32,000 bases of DNA from Telmatocola sphagniphila (GTDB taxonomy: Bacteria > Planctomycetota > Planctomycetia > Gemmatales > Gemmataceae): contig NZ_CP074694.1 of NCBI RefSeq assembly GCF_018398935.1, positions 4,620,001 through 4,652,000 on the forward strand. The letters run 5' to 3'. This document shows, piece by piece, positions 9,232 through 15,833 of the stretch (the first letter of the stretch is position 1; every line of letters begins with the position of its first letter). The notes below the pieces were generated by a model, which saw only the letters and a program-made list of their open reading frames with translations, had not been told where the DNA came from and ran no database searches. The position numbers were made by a program, and so were the translations under genes.

Positions 9232-10122
9232 ATGGCAAGTCTCTCTGCACGGATTGTCGATTCCCTGTTGCGAATGCTTCAGGTCAACCGCTTGGGGAAT
9301 CATTTTTTCGAGAAGCTGTATCCCTATATTTCCACCAATTGTAAACCGCTGGGAGGTCTGCGACGCCGGCACGAACTCAGCGAGTATTCTTTACAGGGCC
9401 GTCCTGTTTATACGATCCAGCCACGCGACCAGATAGCCTCTCGGCACGTTCTCTATCTGCACGGCGGCGCCTACTTCAATGGCTTTCTGCCAGTTCAGTG
9501 GCAATTCGTGGATCGACTGATAACTGCCGCGAACTGTTCCGTGACCGCCCCGGATACTCCGCTGGCGCCGAAGAGTAGTAGCCGGGATATCTTCGCCATG
9601 GTGCAGCCAATTTACGAAGAGTTGCTGCGCGAAGTGGGGTCTGAAAATCTGATTGTGATGGGGGATTCTTCGGGGGGTGGACTGGCTCTGGCCCTGATGA
9701 TGAAAGCCCGGGATAAAGGACTGGACCAACCGAAAGATTTGATCTTGTTATCGCCCTGGTTGGACGTGACGATGACCAATCCGGATATCCCAGGTGTGGC
9801 CCAGAACGATCCTTATCTGGGTCTGAAGGCTTGCATCGTGGCCGGCCAGCGCTATGCGCAGGAGGATGATCCCACTGATCCCTCGATCAGTCCGATCTAT
9901 GGAGATTTACGCGGGCTTTGCCCGATTCATTTATTCGTGGGAACGCACGATATAATGCTGCCCGATTGCCGGAAGCTGCGAAATCTCGCGGATCTCGCCG
10001 GTGCATCGCTGAACTATCGGGAGTATCCGAAAATGATTCACGATTGGATGATGCTGAACCTGCCGGAATCGCAGAATGCTTTGCAGCAGATCGTGGCGAT
10101 TGTGAATTCGAACGGTGCTTAG
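9232..10122 (+). CDS. alpha/beta hydrolase, hormone-sensitive-lipase (fold-3) esterase/lipase family
   Basis: The HGG oxyanion motif (VLYLHGGAYFNG), nucleophile elbow GDSSGGG and a C-terminal HDW histidine are present. GGAGG lies upstream of the ATG. Confidence 0.8.
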   Translation: MASLSARIVDSLLRMLQVNRLGNHFFEKLYPYISTNCKPLGGLRRRHELSEYSLQGRPVYTIQPRDQIASRHVLYLHGGAYFNGFLPVQWQFVDRLITAANCSVTAPDTPLAPKSSSRDIFAMVQPIYEELLREVGSENLIVMGDSSGGGLALALMMKARDKGLDQPKDLILLSPWLDVTMTNPDIPGVAQNDPYLGLKACIVAGQRYAQEDDPTDPSISPIYGDLRGLCPIHLFVGTHDIMLPDCRKLRNLADLAGASLNYREYPKMIHDWMMLNLPESQNALQQIVAIVNSNGA

Positions 10123-10223
10123 CTTTGCAGCATGCTTTTATCAACAATAGAGAGGGAATTGCATTATCGTCCCACTTTTGGAAAGCCAAGCTTTCAAAAA
10201 TGGAACTCAGTGGATGACCAGTG

Positions 10224-10379
10224 ATGGTGGAGATTGATAACGATCCCGGAACCCCACTTGATAATTGGACAGTCTGGAGGATCGACGACCACGGCAACAA
10301 GTTCATCGTTCAAGAAGATTTAGCCAAAGTGGAGGCGAATCGACTTGTCGAGGAGTTCACGGCTCGGGGGCATAAGTAG
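10224..10379 (+). CDS. small hypothetical protein (51 aa) ending at a TAG, with 8 more sense codons in frame before a TAA at 10404-10406
   Basis: Manual translation: MVEIDNDPGTPLDNWTVWRIDDHGNKFIVQEDLAKVEANRLVEEFTARGHK*VYWIERDK*. It falls below the 60-aa cutoff of the ORF track. It resembles a small conserved family I recall (DDxGN.F ... GHKQ.YW), unverified. Confidence 0.35.
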   Translation: MVEIDNDPGTPLDNWTVWRIDDHGNKFIVQEDLAKVEANRLVEEFTARGHK

Positions 10380-10429
10380 GTGTATTGGATCGAGCGAGAC
10401 AAATAAAGCGTAGGTGGGTACCAGATCCT

Positions 10430-11515
10430 GCAAGGCTGGGGACTGGCCTAGAAGATATCAATGCTCTCGGTGTGCTCTACGGTTCATGTTTTCTAAAACA
10501 ATTAACCGCAGAGCACACAGAGAGCGCAGAGAAATACAAGGCCTACTAGACTGCTACTCCCTCACTGCTCTCCGTTGAAAATGCTTCGCATTTTCAACAC
10601 CTCTCAAGCGATCCCTCCCGCAAACAGATTCCCTCGGTGTCCTCGGTGTTCTCTGCGGTTAAAATGCTTTTGTTTGAATTGAAAAAATTGCTACCAGAAC
10701 CGAGCCTCAAGACTGGCTCCGATTTCCTCACTCCTCTGCGATCTCGCCAGAATCTGCGGTTCAAGTTCTCTCTAAAAACAATTAACCGCAGAGCACACAG
10801 AGAGCACAGAGAAATACAAGGCTTCTTAGACTGCTACCCCCTCACTGCGCTCCGTTGAAAATGCCTCGCATTTTCAACACCTCTCAAGCGATCCCTCCCG
10901 CATACAGATTCTCTCGGTGTCCTCGGTGTTCTCTGCGGTTAAAATGCTTTTGTCTTAATTGAAAATTAGATAACTGAATCGAGCCTGAAAACTGACTCCG
11001 ATTTCCTCACTCCTCTGCGATCTCGCCAGAATCTGCGGTTCATGTTCTCTCTAAAAACAATTAACCGCAGAGCACACAGAGAGCACAGAGAAATACAGGC
11101 CTTCCTAGACTGCTACTCCCTCACTGCTCTCCGTTGAAAATGCTTCGCATTTTCAACACCTCTCAAGCGATCCCTCCCGCATACAGATTCTCTCGGTGTC
11201 CTCGGTGTTCTCTGCGGTTAAAATGCTTGTGTCTTAATTGATAAATTGCTACCAGAACCGAACCTGAAAACTGACTCCGATTTCCTCGCTCCTTTGCGAT
11301 CTCGCCAGAATCTGCGGTTCAAGTTCTCTCGAAAAACAATTAACCGCAGAGCACACAGAGAGCACAGAGAAATACAAGGCTTCTTAGACTGCTACTCCCT
11401 CACTGCTCTCCGTTGAAAATGCCTCGCATTTTCAACACCTCTCAAGCGATCCCTCCCGCATACAGATTCTCTCGGTGTCCTCGGTGTTCTCTGTGGTTAA
11501 AATGCATTTTTGATT
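10430..11515. repeat. tandem repeat array, about 3.9 units of 279/280 bp, palindrome-punctuated, with a two-unit higher-order alternation
   Basis: GTTGAAAATGC(T/C)TCGCATTTTCAAC occurs at 10574-10598, 10854-10878, 11133-11157 and 11412-11436. A 30-nt inverted repeat at 10633-10662 vs 10782-10811 is 25/30 complementary. Units are otherwise near-identical. Confidence 0.9.
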
Positions 11516-11554
11516 TTGGAATGACAGCCGCCCCAAAGCCGAACACAAAATTCT

Positions 11555-12661
11555 TCACCCACCCCGAATACTCGTCGACGAGATATCGAATCGGAACTCC
11601 GATTCCAACAACCCCGTAAACAGCGACCGGTGACGGAGATCCACACCGATCTGATCGAGATCGACAAAACGGCCCTCCGCATCGCAACGACCCGCCACCA
11701 GAAACGAATTACGCAAGGCCAAGAGTTCATCCAGGGCCGCATCTCTTTGACTGGAATCATCCCCATAATAGCGCGGGTCGATGATTCTCACCGCCGTGTC
11801 GGCCCCGACCACAAAAACAGTGCCCGGAAACAACCGGCCTTTCTCCAGAAATGTCGGTGCCTCGGTCACCAGCACCGGTGCATAGCCTTCAAACTGTTTT
11901 AATCGATGACGAATCTCACTCTCGCTGAGCGATGGTTTATCGACATTGGCCCGGCTCAACTCAAAATAGACGGCCTGGCCCAGACGTTGTTTCGCCAAAT
12001 CCGCCAGCTTTCGATGCCCGGCATGCAACGGCCGAAATGAACCGGGAAACAACACCTTGGGAGTCGGCACTTCCTGACGAATCCGACCATCGAGATCCTG
12101 AAGATACCAACCGGCGGGCAGACGCTGTAGCGAATCGCTTGAAGAGTGAAGGACTTCGGCCTCTCGAAAATCAATTGCCAAACGCTCCGGCTGATCGAAC
12201 GCTTCCAGTAGCGCCTGCAGGATGATTTGAGCGAGTAACTCTTCTTCTCCCGCACGGTCTCGCGCCCCTTTTTGCAGCACGGCAGAATATTCCCGAACAA
12301 TGCCACCCTTTTTGATCGCCAGGAAAAAACGATGCTCACCCAGTTTGGGCCGGGAGGTGGCCAGGCTGGCGGTGCAACCCAGTCCCCAGTTATGTTCGTG
12401 GGGCTGATAGAGCCGGGCTTTTTGCAGAGCGCGCTCGGCCATGGCCCGGGCCGTGCCGGCGCTGCAGTATTGCTCCGGCGGATGACCCAGCCAGCGGTTC
12501 AGGGCATTTTCCGAATAAGGAACTATCGCTTCGAGGATGGTTTGGGAAGCGCCGGGCACCGTGAGAAGTTGCGAGATTGCGTTCGCGCCGCCGCCTGTGA
12601 TGGCGAGGACGCCCGGATAAGCGAGGCTATGGATTTTCGAAATAATTTCGGAGGGAATCAT
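11555..12661 (-). CDS. fusion protein: N-terminal CinA-C/PncC-like domain plus C-terminal NMN/NaMN adenylyltransferase-like (HxGH nucleotidyltransferase) domain
   Basis: The N-terminal part (AITGGGANAISQLLTVPGASQTILEAIVPYSENALNRWLG) matches the CinA C-terminal pattern (TGG...PGAS...YS...LG). The C-terminal part has FPGSFRPLHAGH (the HxGH motif) and a terminal ISSTSIR (the ISSTxxR motif of NadD/NMNAT enzymes). GGAGG lies 6 nt upstream of the ATG. Confidence 0.7.
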   Translation of the reverse strand: MIPSEIISKIHSLAYPGVLAITGGGANAISQLLTVPGASQTILEAIVPYSENALNRWLGHPPEQYCSAGTARAMAERALQKARLYQPHEHNWGLGCTASLATSRPKLGEHRFFLAIKKGGIVREYSAVLQKGARDRAGEEELLAQIILQALLEAFDQPERLAIDFREAEVLHSSSDSLQRLPAGWYLQDLDGRIRQEVPTPKVLFPGSFRPLHAGHRKLADLAKQRLGQAVYFELSRANVDKPSLSESEIRHRLKQFEGYAPVLVTEAPTFLEKGRLFPGTVFVVGADTAVRIIDPRYYGDDSSQRDAALDELLALRNSFLVAGRCDAEGRFVDLDQIGVDLRHRSLFTGLLESEFRFDISSTSIRGG

Positions 12662-12665
12662 TCAT

Positions 12666-12692
12666 CGCCTCCGCGGAAATCAGGCGGAGGTG
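12666..12692 (-). promoter_or_regulatory. hairpin spanning the map stop codon and the Shine-Dalgarno of the downstream fusion gene (possible translational coupling element)
   Basis: CCTCCGC (12668-12674) pairs with GCGGAGG (12684-12690). The map stop codon (12680-12682) sits in the 9-nt loop. On the minus-strand RNA the 3' arm is GCGGAGG, which is the SD for the ATG at 12659-12661. Confidence 0.3.
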
Positions 12693-13543
12693 GTCTGATA
12701 GACGGAACTGATGTCGATCCCGGCGGGCGTCGGATCGTCATCGATAGTAATGACTTCAACTCCTCGCTCGGTGATAGCGACCGTGTGCTCGACGTGAGCG
12801 CTGGGCATGCCGTCTTTGGTGACGACCGTCCATTTGTCGCCGAGGATATCAACGTCAAAGCGGCCCATGTTCACCATCGGCTCGACGGCCAATACCAGAC
12901 CCGGCTCGAGCTTGAAGTCGTTTTTCTTCACGAAATCCCGGCTGCAGTAGTTAGGAACCTGCGGATTTTCGTGCATGACTTTGCCGATGCCGTGGCCGAC
13001 GAATTGCTGCACGACTTCGAAGCCCTGTTCTTTCACATAACTTTCCATCCGCATGGAAACTTCGGACCACCAGCGCCGTCGGCCCATTTCCTTGATGGCC
13101 AGGAGCAGCGCGCCTTCGGCGACTTTGATCAACCGGGCTCGTTCGCTTCGGATCTGCCCGATGGGAAGGGTAATCGCGGCATCGGCACACCAGCCATTGA
13201 GTTTGCAGGCGGTGTCGATCTTGATGATATCCCCTTCTTTCAGAATGCGCTGGCTGGGGATACCGTGAACGACCTGCTCATTAACCGACAGGCAGGTGAC
13301 GGCGGGGAACGGCGGCATGCTATCGTTCTGGCCGGGGTAGCCTTTGAACAGCGGAATCGCGCCGTGCTTCGCGAAATGTTCTTCGACCGCTTTGTCGATC
13401 TCGATGGTCTTGGTGCCCGGCTTAGCCAGACCTCGGCAAATGCGCAGCGCCTGGGCCACCACTTTGCCGGCTTCCTTCATCAGACCGATTTCCTGGTCGG
13501 TCTTCAGAATGGGCTGAAATTTGGGGTTCGAACGGTGTTCCAC
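12680..13543 (-). CDS. map: methionine aminopeptidase, type I
   Basis: 287-aa ORF with typical MetAP-I motifs (GYPG...VNEQVVHGIP, DIIKIDT, VGHGIG, EPMVN, EHTV) and the canonical position after adk. Confidence 0.92.
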   Translation of the reverse strand: MEHRSNPKFQPILKTDQEIGLMKEAGKVVAQALRICRGLAKPGTKTIEIDKAVEEHFAKHGAIPLFKGYPGQNDSMPPFPAVTCLSVNEQVVHGIPSQRILKEGDIIKIDTACKLNGWCADAAITLPIGQIRSERARLIKVAEGALLLAIKEMGRRRWWSEVSMRMESYVKEQGFEVVQQFVGHGIGKVMHENPQVPNYCSRDFVKKNDFKLEPGLVLAVEPMVNMGRFDVDILGDKWTVVTKDGMPSAHVEHTVAITERGVEVITIDDDPTPAGIDISSVYQTTSA

Positions 13544-13565
13544 GGTCGTTACTCAATTTCCGCGA

Positions 13566-14228
13566 CTATGAACTGGAAGTTTTGGGAAGCTGCTTCAGGA
13601 TATCCGCGTAGATCTCCTCGACTTCGCCAGTGGTCGGAACGTTTTTCAACAGGCCGAGTTTTTCGTAATACTCCAGCAGGGTGTCGGTATTCTGGTGAAA
13701 CACCCGCAGGCGGGCACGGATGGTCTCTTCCTTGTCGTCCGAGCGAATCGTCAGCGGAGAACCGCAGCGATCGCAGATGCCGGGCTTGCGCGGCGGCCGG
13801 GCTGTTATATGGTACGGGGCCTGACAAGCGGGATTGGAGCAGATCCGCCGGCCGCCGATGCGCGAAACCACTTCCTCGTCGTCGATTTTGAAATTCAGAA
13901 CCGCATCGAGTTGCACGTGGTGCTTTTTGGAAAGCGCGTCGAACGCGATGGCCTGAGCCCGCGTGCGCGGGTAACCGTCGAGCACGAAATCTCTGGGCGC
14001 ATCGGGCGATTCGAACAGTTCCTTCACCAGATCGTTCACGACCGCATCGGGGACCAGATTCCCCACTTTGATAAAGGGTTCTGCCAGTTTTCCCGCGTCT
14101 GTACCGCGTCGAATGGCGTCGCGAAGAATGTCGCCGGTACCGATATAACGCAGTTTCAGTCTATCGGTTAGCAATTCGGCCTGGGTACCTTTACCGCTTC
14201 CCGGAGGACCAACGAGTACCAATCTCAT
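13566..14228 (-). CDS. adk: adenylate kinase (long form with Cys-rich LID)
   Basis: MRLVLVGPPGSGKGTQAE carries the P-loop, and the LID region is CSNPACQ...CDRCGSPL. The start is taken at the internal ATG 14226-14228, because the track ORF N-terminal extension would cover the terminator hairpin. Confidence 0.92.
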   Translation of the reverse strand: MRLVLVGPPGSGKGTQAELLTDRLKLRYIGTGDILRDAIRRGTDAGKLAEPFIKVGNLVPDAVVNDLVKELFESPDAPRDFVLDGYPRTRAQAIAFDALSKKHHVQLDAVLNFKIDDEEVVSRIGGRRICSNPACQAPYHITARPPRKPGICDRCGSPLTIRSDDKEETIRARLRVFHQNTDTLLEYYEKLGLLKNVPTTGEVEEIYADILKQLPKTSSS

Positions 14229-14252
14229 GGGAGCGTGCCCAAACCTGACAGG

Positions 14253-14283
14253 AAGCAAAAAGCGAGGCTAAAATCAGCCTCGC
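14253..14283 (-). terminator. intrinsic terminator-like hairpin between secY and adk
   Basis: The minus-strand RNA reads GCGAGGCU-GAUUUU-AGCCUCGC, an 8-bp perfect stem (14262-14269 / 14276-14283), followed directly by UUUUUGCUU. Confidence 0.5.
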
Positions 14284-14338
14284 CTACACCGTAATTTCAT
14301 ATGCGCCAAAGTTGGTCGGGCAAGTCTTAATCTTTTAA

Positions 14339-15712
14339 TCAATCTTCGGTCAGACCGGGGTAGTTCCGCATAACCAGATGGCTGTTAATCTTGGAAATCA
14401 GATCGAGCACCACGCTGACGACGATCAGCAGACCGGTTCCCCCGAAGAAGCTGGCGATGCGATAATCGACGCCCAATTCGGAGGAGATAATCGTCGGGAT
14501 GATGGCGATCACGGCGAGGAAGGCCGCCCCGACGTAGGTGATTCTCATCAGCACTTTTTCCAGATATTCGGAAGTGCTGCGTCCGGGCCGGTAGCCCTGG
14601 ATGAAGCTGCCGTGATCCTTCAGGTTAGCGGCCATTTCCTTCGGGTTGAAAGTGATGGCGGTCCAGAAGTAGCAGAAGAAGTAAATCATGCCGACGTAGC
14701 AGATGTTGTAAACCCAACCGGAGTTCCGCTGGAAGTTTTGAGCCATTTCGCCCGCCCAATCGACTCCAGCATTCTTCAGAATGTTGAAGAATACGCTGGG
14801 AATGACCAGAAGGCTCGAGGCGAAGATAACCGGCATCACACCGGCCTGATTGACTTTCAAAGGCAGAAACTGGCGTGTACCACCGAAGACCCGGCGACCG
14901 CGAACGTGCTTGGCCGACTGGGTCGGAATGCGTCGCTGGGCTTTGGTAATGGCGATCACACCGACGATCACGGCCACAAACAGCACCATGAGCAGAATTA
15001 ATTTTTCGAAGCTGACATCCCCGGTCGGGCTGCCCAGGGTGAACAGGCTTTCTTTCAGGCCCCCCTTGGAGGAATCCCAGGCCAGCGAGCGGATGGCATC
15101 GGGAATGCGGGCGACGATACCGGCCATGATGATCAAGCTGATACCGTTACCGATCCCGTACTCATCGATCTGTTCGCCCAGCCACATCAGGAACAGCGTC
15201 CCGGCCGTCATGGTAGTAACGGCCGCGAAGCCAAACCAGTAGAAGTTCACCCCGTCCGCATAACCCTCTATAGGCGAGAAGAGCGCGGCGTTGCCGCCCA
15301 CGAAAGAGTGGACCAGAAGCATGGCCTGGATAATTGTGATCGGCACCGTCAGATAACGGGTATATTCGTTGATCTTTTTCTGGCCATTGGGCTCCTTGCG
15401 AAGCTTCTCGAGGTAAGGCGAGAGTCCCGAAGCCGAGAGGAGCTGAAGGATAATCGAGGCGGAGATATACGGCATGATGCCGAGGGCGAAGATGCAGGCG
15501 TTGCTGAGGTTACCGCCGGAGAACATCGAGACGAAGCCGAGGACCTGCGACAGGGGGGAGTTCGATTCGGCGGCCCGCTGGGCGAGTTTGACCTGATCGA
15601 TCATCGGCAGGGGGATGCAGTAGCCGATGCGATAGATGATCAGAAACAGCGCGGTGATCATGATCTTCCGCGACAGTTCCGGAATCTTGAAGATGGTGAG
15701 CAGCTTACCCAT
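14339..15712 (-). CDS. secY: preprotein translocase subunit SecY
   Basis: A 10-TM protein with typical SecY sequence (MGKLLTIFKIPELSRKI..., GIMPYISASIILQLL, GTLFLMWLGEQI). The start is at the ATG 15710-15712, preceded by AAGGAAG; the 14-codon upstream extension in the track is unlikely. Confidence 0.93.
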   Translation of the reverse strand: MGKLLTIFKIPELSRKIMITALFLIIYRIGYCIPLPMIDQVKLAQRAAESNSPLSQVLGFVSMFSGGNLSNACIFALGIMPYISASIILQLLSASGLSPYLEKLRKEPNGQKKINEYTRYLTVPITIIQAMLLVHSFVGGNAALFSPIEGYADGVNFYWFGFAAVTTMTAGTLFLMWLGEQIDEYGIGNGISLIIMAGIVARIPDAIRSLAWDSSKGGLKESLFTLGSPTGDVSFEKLILLMVLFVAVIVGVIAITKAQRRIPTQSAKHVRGRRVFGGTRQFLPLKVNQAGVMPVIFASSLLVIPSVFFNILKNAGVDWAGEMAQNFQRNSGWVYNICYVGMIYFFCYFWTAITFNPKEMAANLKDHGSFIQGYRPGRSTSEYLEKVLMRITYVGAAFLAVIAIIPTIISSELGVDYRIASFFGGTGLLIVVSVVLDLISKINSHLVMRNYPGLTED

Positions 15713-15744
15713 CGATACTTCCTTGGTGCGAAATCCGGCAATCC

Positions 15745-15802
15745 GAAAACACAAGCGGAAGCGTCAGCGACGCGAAATTGCTTTCCGTCACCTTCGCTTC
15801 CG
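15745..15802 (-). other. extended stem-loop in the 121-nt rplO-secY spacer (possible attenuator or processing site)
   Basis: CGGAAGCG (15756-15763) pairs with CGCTTCCG (15795-15802), an 8-bp stem enclosing a 31-nt interior with further short pairings. On the minus strand it is followed by CUUGUGUUUUC. Confidence 0.3.
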
Positions 15803-15833
15803 GTTCATTAATCCCTTTTCGAGGTCGGGCGAA

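Noticed and set aside
870-11515. Possibility that the arrays are CRISPR arrays or integron attC/cassette arrays
   Set aside because: The 270-280 bp period consists almost entirely of repeated sequence, so there are no 25-40-nt unique spacers. No cas genes and no integrase are present. The GGTTAAA / TTAACC cores do not fit the attC R'/R'' consensus (GTTRRRY / RYYYAAC), and there are no cassette ORFs.
10637-11766. Track ORFs inside or overlapping the second array (10637-10858, 11413-11619, 11442-11687, 11497-11766) giving REHREHRE / SVFSAVK-type peptides
   Set aside because: These are translations of the repeat modules in arbitrary frames and on both strands. They are not conserved in frame from unit to unit (the period is 279/280 bp).
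13525-13545. GGTTCGAA-type motifs (13535 region and 29611-29640) as possible tRNA T-arms
   Set aside because: They lie within or at the start of well-supported CDSs, and no acceptor or anticodon stems can be built around them. No tRNA-like cloverleaf was found anywhere in the window.
12272-13891. 539-aa plus-strand ORF antisense to the fusion gene, map and adk. Similar long antisense ORFs occur at 23369-24406, 15636-16559, 17976-18722, 18716-19357, 20708-21553, 14378-15001 and 27451-28236
   Set aside because: These are shadow ORFs opposite strongly supported conserved genes in GC-biased sequence. They have low-complexity Gly/Arg/Ala-rich composition and no recognisable motifs.
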